From assembly GCF_009914755.1 (NCBI RefSeq), contig NC_060945.1: 64,000 bases of DNA. One strand, written 5' to 3'. Numbering within the stretch: the first letter of the stretch is position 1; each line of letters begins with the position of its first letter. The notes under the pieces are model-generated. The model had not been told where the DNA came from. It saw nothing but the letters and a program-made list of their open reading frames with translations, and did no database searches. Below are positions 38,101 through 49,934 of the stretch, in pieces. The DNA is from the human T2T-CHM13v2.0 reference genome, Homo sapiens. Position numbers and translations under genes: made by a program.

Positions 38101-41100
38101 CTATGGAGGCAAAGGAAATATCTTCAAATAAAAACTACAGAGAAGAATTCTCAGAAATTTCTAGGTTCTATTTGCATTCATCTCACAGAGTTGAACCTTT
38201 CTTTTGATGGAGGAGTTTTGAAACACTCCTTTTGTAGATTCTGCAAGTGGATATTTGGTGCGCACTGAAGTCTATTGTCGAAAAGGCAATATCTTCACAT
38301 AAAAACTACACAGAAGCATTCTGAGAAACTTCTTTTTGATGTGTGCATTCATCTCACATAGTTGAACCTTTCTTTTCATTGAGAAGTTTTGGAACACAGT
38401 TTTTGTAGGATCTGCAAGTGGATATTTGGAGAGATTTGAGGTCTACTTTGTAAAAGCAATTATCTTCACATAAAAACTACACAGAAGCATTCTGAGAAAA
38501 TTTTGTGATGTGTGCATTCATCTCACACAGTTGAAACATTATTTTGATTGAGCAGTTTTGAAACACTCTTTCTATAGAATCTGCAAGTGGATATTTTGAG
38601 CATTTTGAGGCCTATAGTGGAAAAGGAAATATCTTCACATAAAAACTACACAGAATCATTCTGAGAAACTACTTTGTGATGTGTGCATTCATCTCACAGA
38701 GTTGAATCTATGTTATGGTTTAGCAGTTTTCAAACACTCTCTTTGTAGAATCTACAAGTGGATCCTTGGAACGATTTGAGGCATATTGTGGAAAAGGAAA
38801 TATGTTCACATAAAAACTACACAAAAGCATTCTGAGAAAGTTCTTTGTGATGTGTGCATTCAACTCACAGAGTCTAATCTGTCTTTTGATTGAGCAGTTT
38901 TTAAATACTGTTTTTGTAGAATCTGCAAGTGGATATTTTGTGGACTTTGAGGCCTATTTTGGAAAAGGAAATATCTTCACATAAAAACTACACAGAAGCA
39001 TTCTGAGAAACTTCTTTGTGATGTGTTCATTCAACTCACAAACTTGAACCTATATTTCGATTGAGCAGTTATGGATTTCTCTTTTTCTAGGATTTGGAAG
39101 TGGATATTTTGAGTCCTTTGTGGTTCATGGAGGCAAAGGAAATATCTTCAAATAAAATCTACACAGAAGCATTCTGAGAAACTTCTTTGTGATGTGTGCA
39201 TTCATCTCACAGAGATGAACCTATCTTATGACTGAGCAGCTTTGAAACACTCTCTTTGCAGAATCTTCAGGGGAATATTTGGAGTGCTTTGTGGCCAGTT
39301 GGGTAAAAGGAAATAGCTTCACATAAAACCTACACAGAATTATTCTGAGCAACTACTTTGTGATGTGCGTATTCATCTAACAGAGCTGTATGTTTCTTTT
39401 GGTTGAGCAGTTTTGAAACACTGTTTTTATAGAATCTGCAAGTGGATATTTGGAATGCTTTGAGGCCTACTGTGGAAAAACAAATATCTTCACGTAAAAA
39501 CCACACAGAAGCATTCTGAGAAACATCTCTGTGATGTGTGCATTCATCCCACAGAGTTGAAAGTTTCTTTTGATTGAGAACTTTTGAAACACACTTTTTG
39601 TAGAATCTGCAAGTGGATATTTGAAGCCCTTTGCAGCCTATGGAGGAAAAGGAAATATCCTGAAATAAATACTACACAGAAGCATTCTGAGAAACTTCTT
39701 TGTGATGTGTGCATTCATCTCATAGATTGGAACCTATCTTATGATTGAGCAGTTTTGAAACACTCTCTTTGTAGAATCTGCAAGTGGAAACTTGGACGAT
39801 TTCAACCCTATAGTGGAAAAGGAAATATCTTCACATAAAAACTTCACAGAAGCATTCTGAGAAACTTCTTTGTGATGTTTGCATTCGTCTCACAGAGATG
39901 AATATTTCTTTTGATTGTGCAGTTTTGAAACACTGTTTTTGTAGAATCTGCAACTGGATATTTGGAGCCCTTTGCGGTCTATATGAAAAAAGGAAATATC
40001 TTCAGATAGAAACTACACAGAAACATTGTGAGAAACTTCTTTGTGATGTGTGCATTCATCTCACAGAGTTGAACTTTTCTTTTGATGGAGAAGTTTTGAA
40101 ACACTCTTTTTGTAGAAACTGCAAGTTGCTATTTGGAGCCCTTTGCGGCATATGGTGAAACAGGGAATACCTTCACATAAAAACTACACAGAAACATTCT
40201 GAGAAACTTCTTTGTGATGTGTGCATTACTCTCACAGAGTTGAACCATTCTTTTGATTGAGCAGGTTTGAAACAATCTCTTTGTAGAATCTGCAAGTGGA
40301 TACTTGGAATGCTTTGAGGCCTATTGTGGAAAAGGAAATATCTTCACATAGAAACTACACAGTAGAATTCAGTGAAACTTCTTTGTGATGTGTGCATTCA
40401 ACTCACAGAGTTGAACATTTCTTTTGATTGACCAGTTTGGAAACATTCTTTTTGTAGAAACTGCAAGTGGATATGTGGAGCCTTTTGTGGCCTAAGGTGG
40501 AAAAGGAAATATCTTCACATAAAAACTACACAGAAGCATTCTAACAAACTACCTTGTGATGTGTGCATTCATCTGACAGAGATGAACCTTTATTTTGATT
40601 GAGCAGTTTTGAAAAACTCTTTTGTAGAATCTGCAAGTGGATCTTTGGAGAGCTTTGAGCCTATTGCAAAAAAGAAAATATCTTCACATAAAAACTACAC
40701 AGAAGGAGTCTGAGATAATTTTTGTGATTGTGCATTCATTTCACCTTTCTTTTGACTATGCAGTTTGGAAATACTCTTTTAGGGTGATCTGCAAGTGGAT
40801 ATTTGCAGTGCTAGGAGGCATATTGAGGAAAAGGAAATATCTTCCCATAAAAAATACACAGAAGCATTCTGAGAAACTTATTTGTGATGTGTGCATTCAA
40901 CTCTCGGAGTTGAACCTATCTTTTGATAAGCAGTATTGAAACACTTTTTTTTTTGGAATCTGCAGGTGGATATTTGGAGCGCTTTGAGGCCTATGGTGTA
41001 AAAGGAAATATCTTCACATAAAAACTACACAGAAGCATTCAAAGAAACTTCTTTGTGATGTGAGCATTCAACTCACAGAGTTGAACTTAACTTTTTATTG

Positions 41101-43490
41101 AGGAGCTTTGAAAATCTCTTTTTGTAGAATCTGCAAGTGGATATTTAGAGCCCCTTGCTGCCTGTGGTGGAAAAAGAAATATCTTCACATAAAAACTTCA
41201 CAGAAGCATTCTGAAAAAAACTTCTTGGTGATGTGTGCATTCATATCACAGAGTTCAACATTTCTTTTGATTGAGCTGTTTTGAAACACTATTTTTGTAG
41301 AATCTGCAAGTGGATATTTGGAGCACTTTGAGGCCTATTGTAGAAAAGGAAATATCTTCACATGAAAACAACACAGAAACATTCTGACAAATTTCTTTGT
41401 GATGTGTGCGTTCATCTCACAGAGTTGAACTTTTCTTTTGATTGAGCAGTTTTCAAACACTGTTTTTGTAGTATCTCTAAGTGGATATTTTGAGCGCATT
41501 GGGGTCTATGGTGGAAAAGGATATATCTTCACATAAAATCTACACAGAAGCATTCTGAGAAACTTCTTTCTGACGTGTGTATTCAAACCACAGATTTGAA
41601 CCTATCTTTTGATTGTACAGTTTTCAAACTCTCTTTTTGTAGAATCTGCAAGTGGATATTTGGAACCTTTTTTGGCCTCTGGTGGAAAAGGAAATAACTT
41701 CACATAAAAACTACACAGAAGCATTCTGAGAAACTTCATTGTCATGTGTGGATTCATCTCAGAGTGTTGAACCTTTCTTTTCACTGAGCACTTTTGAAAC
41801 AGTCTTTTTGTAGAATCTGCAAGTGGATATTTGGAGCCCCTTGAGTCCTACTGTGGAAAAGAAAATATCTTTACATAAAAACATCACAGATGCATTCTGA
41901 GAAACTACTTTGCAAGGTGCGCATTCATCTCACATAGTTCAACTTTCTTTTGATTGAGCAATTTTGAAACACACTTTTTGTAGAATCTGCAACTAGATAT
42001 TTGGAGTGCATTGAGGCCTATGGTGGAAAAGGAAATATCTTCACTTAAAGCTACACAGAAGCATTCTGAAAAACTTCTTTGTGAAATGTTCGTTCAACAC
42101 ACTGTGGTGAACATTTCTTTTCATTGAGCAGTTTTGAAAACCACTATTTGTAGAATCTGCAAGTGGATATTTGTAGTGCTTAGAGGCCTATTGTGGAAAA
42201 GGAAATATCTTCACATAAAAATTACACAGAAGCATTCTGAGAAACTTGTTTGTGATGAGTGCATTCAGCTCACAGAGTTGAACCTATCTTTTGATAGAGC
42301 AATTTTGAAACTCTCTTTTTGTAGAATCTGCAAGTGGATATTTGGAGCCCTTTGTGGCCTATGGTGGAAAAGGAAATATCTTCACATAAAAACTACACAG
42401 AAGCATTCTGAGAAATGTCTTTTTAAGTGTTCATTCATGTCACAGAGCGCTTTGAGGCCCATTGTGGAAAAGGATATATCTTCACATAAAAACTACACAG
42501 AAGCATTCTGAGAAACTTCTGTGTAATATGTGCATTCATCTCCCAGAGTTGTAACTTTCTTTTGATTGAGCAGTTTGGAAACACTCTTTTAGTAAAATCT
42601 ACAAGTGGATACTTGGAGCGCTTTGAGGCATATTGTAGAAATGGAAATATCTTCACATAACAACTAAACAGAAGCATTCTGAGAAACTTCTTTGAGATGT
42701 GTGCATTTAACTCAGAGTTGTATCTATCTTTTGATAGAGGAGTTTTGAAACTCTCTTTATGTAGAATCTGTAAGGGAATATTTGGAGCCCTTTGTGGCCT
42801 ATGGTGTAAAAGGAAATACCTTCACATAAAAACTACACAGAAGCATTCTGAGAAACTTCTTTGTGTTGTGTGCATTCATCTCAAAGAGATGAACCTTTAA
42901 TTCGATTGAACAGTTTTGAAACACTCTTTTTGTAGAATCTGCAAGTGGATATTTGGAACGCTTTGGAGAGAATGGTGGAAATGGATATATCTTCATATAA
43001 AAACTACGGAAAAGCATTCTGAGAAACGACTTTGTGATGTGTGTATTCAAATCACAGCGTTGAACCATTCTTTTGATTGTGCAGTTTTGAAACTCTTTTT
43101 GTGGAATCTGCAAGTAGATACTCGGAGGTCTTTGCGGAGTATTGTGGAAAAGGAAATAACTTTGCATAAAAGCTACACAGACACATTCTGGGAAACTTCT
43201 TTGTGATGTGTGCATTCAACTCACAGAGTTGAACCTTTCTTTTGATTGAGCAGTTTTGAAACACACTTTTTGTTGAATCTGCAAGTGGATATTTGGAGAG
43301 GTTTGGGACTTATGGTGGAAAAGTAAATATCTTCACATAAAAACTGCACAGAGGTATTCTGAGAAACTTCCCTCTGATGTTCACATTCAGCTCACTGAAT
43401 TGGACCTTTCCTTTGATTGAGCAGTTTTGAAACACTCTTTTGTAGAATCTGCAATTGGATATTTGAAGCGCTTTCCAGCCTCGAGTGGAA
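32164..43490 (+). repeat. Alpha satellite, monomeric ACTACAC stratum (right of the full-length L1)
   Basis: Same diagnostics as 18701-25980, and the monomer register resumes across the TSD. Right boundary approximate. Confidence 0.95.
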
Positions 43491-46400
43491 AAGGAAATAT
43501 CTTCACATAAAAACTAGACAGAAATATTCTGCGAAACTTCTTTGTGATGTGTGCATTCTTCTCACAGAGTTGAACTTTTCTTTTGATTGAGCAGTTTTGA
43601 AACACTCTTTTTGTAGAATCTGCAAGTGGATATTTGGAGCACTTCCAGTCCTACGGTGTTAAAGGAAATATCTTCACATCAAAACTAGACAGAAGCACTC
43701 TGAGAAACTTCTTTGTGATGTGTACATTCAACTCACAGGTTTGAACCTTTCTTTTGATTAAGCAGTTTTGAAACACACTTTTTGTAGAATCTGAAGGTGG
43801 ATATTGGGAGCACTTTGGGGCCTATGGTGTAAAAGAAAATATCTTCAAATAAAAACTGGACAGAATCATTCTGAGAAACAACTTTGTGATGTGTGCATTC
43901 ATCTCACTGAGTTGAACGTTTCTTTTGATTGAGTAGTTTTGAAACGCACATTTGTAGACTCTACCAGGGGATATTTGGAGTACTTTGGGGTCTACGGTGG
44001 AAAAGGAAATATCTTCACCTAAAAACTAGACGGAAGCATTGTGAGAAGCTTCTTTGTGATGTGTGCATTCAACTAACACAGTTGAACCTTTCTTTTGATT
44101 GAGCAGTTTTGAAACACTCTTTTTGAAGAATCTGCAAGTGGATATTTGGAGCGCTTTGCGGCCTATTGTGGAAAAGGATATATCTTCAAATAAAAACTAG
44201 AAAGAAGCACTTTGAGAAACTTCTTTATGAGATGTGCATTCATCTCGCAGACTTGAACCTTTCTTTCGATTGAGCAGTTTTGAAACACTATTTTTGTAGA
44301 ATCTGCAAGGGATATTTGAAGAGATTTGAGGCCTAATGTGGAAAAGGAAATATCTTCACATGAAAACTAGACAGAAGCATTCTGAGAATCTTCTTTGTGA
44401 TGTGTGCATTCATCTTACAGAGCTGAAACTTTCTTTTGATTCAGCAGTTTTGAAATACTCTGTTTATGGAATCTGCTTGTGGATTTTTGGAGCGATTTGA
44501 GTCACGTTGTGGAAAAGGAAATATTGTCATATGAAAACTAGAAAGAAGCATTCTGAGAAAATTATTTGTGATGTGTGCATTCAACTCACAGAGTTGAAAG
44601 TTTCTTTTGATTGAGCAGTTTGGAAACACTGTTTTTGCAGAATCTGCAAGTTGATATTTGTAGCGCTTGGTGGCCTATATTGGAAAAGGAAATATCTTCA
44701 CATATATACAAGACGGAAGCATTCAGGGAAACTACTTTGTGATGTGCATTCAATTCAAAGAGCTGAACATTTACCCTGATTGAGCTGCTTGGAAAGCATC
44801 TTTCTGTAGTATCTGCAATTGGACATTTTGAGCGCTTTGAGGCCTATGGTGGAAAAGGAAATATCTTCACATAAAAACTAGACAGAAGCATTCTGAGAAA
44901 ATTCTTTGTGATGTGTGCATTCAACTCACAGAGTTGAACCTTTCTTTTGATCGAGCAGTTTGGAAGCAGTCTTTTTGTAATATCTACCAGTGGATATTTG
45001 GATCACTTTACATCATGGATTGGAAAAGGAAACATCTTCACATAAAAACTAGACAAAAGCATACTGAGAAACTTCTTTGTGATGTGTCCATTCATCTCGT
45101 AGAGTTAAATCTTTCTTTTGATAGAGCAGGTTTGAAACACTCTTTTTGTAGGTTCTGCAAGTGTATATTTGGAGTGCTCTGTGGCCGATAGTGGAAAAGG
45201 AAATATCTTCACATAAAAAAATACACAGAAGCACTCTGAGAAACTTCTCGGTGTTGTGTGCAGTCATATCACAGACTTGAAACTTTCTTTGATACAGCAG
45301 TTTCAAAACGCTCTTTTTGGAGATTCTGAAAGTAGATATTTGGAGAGACTTGGGGCCTATGGTGGAAAAGGAAATATCTTCACATAAAAACTAGACAGAA
45401 GCATTCTGAGAAGCTTCTTTGTGATATGTGCATCCATCTCAAAGAGTTGAACCTTTCTTTTGATTGAGCATTTTTGAAGCACTCTTTTTGTAGAATCTTC
45501 AAGTGGATATTTGGAATGCTTTGTGGCCTGTGGTGGAAAAGGAAATATCTTCACATAAAAACTAGACAGAAGCATTCTGAGAAACTTATTTGTGATGTGC
45601 TCATTCAACTCACAGATTTAAACTTTTCTTTTGATTGAGCAGTTTGGAAACAGTCTTTTTGTAGTACCTGCAAATGGATATTTGGAGTGCTTTGGGGCCT
45701 GTGGTGGAAAAGGAAATATATACACACAAAAACTAGACAGAAACATTATGAGAAACTGCTCTGTGATGCGTGCATTCATCACCAGGGTTGAACCTTTCTT
45801 TTGATTGAACAGTTTTGAAACACTCTTTCTGTAGAATCTGAAGGGGATATTTGGAACGCCTTGCGGCCTATGGTGAAAAACGAAATATCTTCACATAAAA
45901 ACTAGACAGATGCATTCTGAGAAAGTGCTTTGTGAGGTGTACATTCATCTCACAGAGTTAAACCTTTCTTTTGATTGAGCAGTTTTGAAACACTCTTATT
46001 GTACAATCTGCAAGTGGATATTTGGAGAGTTTGAGGCCACTGGTGGAAAAGCAAATATCTTCACATAAAAACTAGACAGAACCATTCTGAGAAATCTCTT
46101 TGAGATGCGTGCATTCAACTCACAGAGTTGGACCTTTCCTTTGATTGAGCAGTTTGGAAACAGTCTTTTTGCAGTATATGCAAATGGATATTTGGAGCAC
46201 TTTCAGGCCTATAGTAGGAAAGGAAATATCTTCACATAAAAACTAGACAGAAAATTACTGAGAAATTTCTCAGTGATGTGTGCATTCATCTCACAGAGTT
46301 GAAACTTTCTTTTGATTGAGCAGTTTGGAAACACTCTTTTAGTAGAAACTGCAAGGGGATATTTGGAGCACTTTGTGGTCTTTGGTAGAAAAGGATATAT

Positions 46401-47005
46401 CTTCACATTAAAAATAGACAGAAGCATTCTGAGGAACTTCTTCATGATGTGTGCATTCATCTCAGAGAGTTGAACTTTTCTTTTGATTGAGCAGCTTTGA
46501 AAAACTCTTTCTGCAGAATCTGCAAGTTGATATTTGGAGTGCTTTGGGGCCTATAGTAGAAAAGGAAATATCTTCACATAAAACTAGACAGAAGCATTCT
46601 GAGAAACTTCTTTGTGATGTGTGCATTAATGTCACAGAGTTGAACCTTTCTTTTGTTTGAGCAGTTTTGAAACTCTCTTTTTGTAGAATCTTCAAGTGAA
46701 TATTTTTAGCACTTTGAGGCCTGTGGTGGAAAAGAAAACATCTTCACATAAAAACTAGTCAGAAGCTTTCTGAGAAACTTCTTTGTGATGTGTGCATTCA
46801 ACTCATGGAGTTGAACCTTTCCTTTGATTCAGCAGTTTGGAAACAGTCTTTTTGTAGTATCTGCAAATGGATATTTGGAGAGCTTTGAGGCCTATGGTGA
46901 AAAAGAAAATATCTTCACATAAAAACTAGACAGAAGCATTCTCAGAAACTTCTTTGTGATGTGTGCATTCATCTCACAGAGCTCACAGAGTTGAACCCTT
47001 GTTTT

Positions 47006-47419
47006 TTTTTTTTATTGTACTTTAAGTTTTAGGGTACATGTGCACATTGTGCAGGTAAGTTACATATGTATACATGTGCCATGCTGGTGCACTGCACCCA
47101 CTAACGTGTCATCTAGCATTAGGTATATCTCCCAATGCTATCCCTCCCACCTCCCCCGACCCCACCACAGTCCCCAGAGTGTGATATTCCCCTTCCTGTG
47201 TCCATGTGATCTCATTGTTCAATTCCCACTTATGAGTGAGAATATGCGGTGTTTGGTTTTTTGTTCTTGCGATAGTTTACTGAGAATGATGGTTTCCAAT
47301 TTCATCCATGTCCCTACAAAGGACATGAACTCATCATTTTTTATGGCTGCATAGTATTCCATGGTGTATATGTGCCACATTTTCTTAATCCAGTCTATCA
47401 TTGTTGGACATTTGGGTTG
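47006..47419 (-). mobile_element. 5'-truncated young LINE-1 (ACG/A type, L1PA2 to pre-Ta boundary), ~414 bp
   Basis: Minus strand reads CATTGGGAGATATACCTAATGCTAGATGACACGTTAGTGGG and CTTAAAGT. Poly(T) at the left end. Perfect 14-bp TSD TGAACCCTTGTTTT (46992-47005 and 47420-47433). Confidence 0.95.
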
Positions 47420-49052
47420 TGAACCCTTGTTTTGATTGAGCAGTGTTGAAACACTTTTTATAGAATCAGCAAGTGGATATTTGTTGCACTTTGAGACCTA
47501 TGGTGGAAAAGGAAATATCTTCACAGAAAAACCACAAAGAAGAATTCTGAGAAACACCTTTGTGGTGTGTGGTTTCATCTCTCATATTTGAACCTTTCTC
47601 TTTATTGAGCAGTTTGGAAACAATCTTTTTGTAGTATCTGCAAATGAATTTTTGGAGCTGAGGCCTGTGGTGAAAAATGAAGTATCCTCACATAAAAACC
47701 AGACAGAAGGATTCCTAGAAAGTGCTTTGTGATGTGTGCATTAATCTCACAGATTTGAAACTTTATTTTGATTGAGGAATTTTGAAACACTCTTTGTGTA
47801 GAATCTGCAAGTGGATATTTGGAGCGCTTTGAGGCCTATGGTGGAATAGGAAATATCTTCACATTAAAACAGGACAGAAGCATTCTGAGAAACTTCTTTG
47901 TGTTGTGTGCATTCATTTCACAGAGTTGAACCATTCCTTTGATTGAGCAGTTTGCCAACTGTCATTTTGTAGAATCTACAGAGGGATATTTGTGAACCCA
48001 TTAATGCCTATGGGGTGATAGGAAAGATCTTCATATAAAAACTAGAGAGAAACTTTCTGAGAAACTTCTTTGTGATGTGTGCATTCATCTCACAGAGTTG
48101 AACTTTTCTTTTGATTGAGCAGTTTGGAAACAGTCTTTTTTGGAATCTGCAAACAGATATTTTTTTTTGCTTTGAGGCCTATGGTGGAAAAGGAAATATC
48201 TTCACATAAAAACTAGACAGAAGCATTCTGAGAAACTTCTTTGTGATGTGTGCACTCATCTCACAGACTTGAAGCTTTCTTTTGATTGAGCAGTTTTGAA
48301 AAACTCTTTTTGTAGAATCTGCAAGTCGATATTTGGAGCGTTTTGTGTCCTATATTGGAAAAGGTAATATCTTCACATAGAAACTTGACAGAAGCATTCT
48401 GAGAAACTTCTTTGTGATATGTGCATTCATCTCACAGGATTTAACTTTCTTTTGATTGAGCAGTTTGGAGCCCATCGTTTTGTAGGATCTGTGAAGGGGT
48501 ATTTTTGTTCCCATTGAGGCTTATGGGGTAATAGGAAATATCTTCACATAAAAACTAAACAGAAAAATTCTGAGAAAATTCTTTGTGATATGTGCTTTCA
48601 TCTCACAGAGTTGAAATTTTGTTTTGATTGGGCAGTTTGGAATCCGTCTTTTTGTAGAATCTGCAAGTGGATATTTGGAGGGCTTTGAGACCTATGGTGA
48701 AAAAGGAAATATCTTCACATTAAAAATATACAGAAGCATTCTGAGAAACTTCTTTGTCTTGTGTGCATTAATTTCGCAGAGTTGAACCTTTGTATTGATT
48801 GAGCAGTTTGGAAACGGTAGTTTTGTAGAATCTGTAGAGGGATATTTTTCAGCCTACTGAGGCCTCTGAGGAAATAGAGAATATCTTCAGATAAGAACCA
48901 GACAGAAGCATTCTGAGAAACTTCCTTCTGGTGTGTGCATTCATTTCACAGAGTTGAACCTTTCTTTTGATTGAGCAGTTTGGAAACAGTGTTTCTGTAG
49001 TAACTGCAAATGGATATTTGGAGTGCTTTGAGGCATACGTTTAAAAAGGAAA

Positions 49053-49934
49053 AAAAACAAACCAACAACCCCTTCAAAAAGTGGGCGAAGGACATGAACA
49101 TACACTTCTCAAAAGAATATGTTTATGCAGCCAAAAAACACATGAAAAAATGCCCACCATCACTGGCCATCAGAGAAATGCAAATCAAAACCACAAGGAG
49201 ATACCGTCACACACCAATTAGAATGGCAATCATTAAAAAGTCAGGAAACAACAGGTGCTGGAGAGGATGTGGAGAAATAGGAACACTTTTACTCAGCGGG
49301 TGGCACTGTAAACTAGTACAACCATTGTAGAAGTCCGTGTGGTGATTCCTCAGGGATCTAGAACTAGAAATACCATTTGACCCAGCCATCCCATTGCTGG
49401 GTATATAACCAAAGGACTATAAATCATGCTGCTATAAAGACACATGCACACATATGTTTATTGCGGCACTAGTCACAACAGCAAAGAGTTGGAACCAACC
49501 CAAATGTCCAACAATGATAGACTTGATTAAGAAAATATGGCACATATACACCATGGAATACTATGCAGCCATAAAAATGATGAGTTCATGTCCTTTGTAG
49601 GGACATGGATGAAATTGGAAATCATCATTCTCAGTAAAATATCGCAAGAACAAAAGACCAAACACTGCGTATTCTCACTCATAAGTGGGAATTGAACAAT
49701 GAGAACACATGGACACAGGAAGGGGAACGTCATACTCTGGGGACTGTTGTGGGGTGGGGTGAGGGGGCAGGGATAGCATTAGGAGATATACCTAATGCTA
49801 AATGACGAGTTAATCGGTGCAGCACACCAGCGTGGTACATGTATACATATGTAACTAACATGCACATTGTGCACATGTACCCTAAAACTTAAAGTATAAT
49901 AATAATAAAATAATAAATAAATAAATAAATAAAT
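49053..49934 (+). mobile_element. 5'-truncated LINE-1 (L1PA3-like), ~880 bp, with (TAAA)n tail
   Basis: ORF2 C-terminus ([15 protein letters not shown]), 3'UTR GCTAAATGACGAGTTAA...CACCAGC, and TSD AAAAAGGAAA (49043-49052 and 49935-49944) at a TT/AAAA site. Confidence 0.95.
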
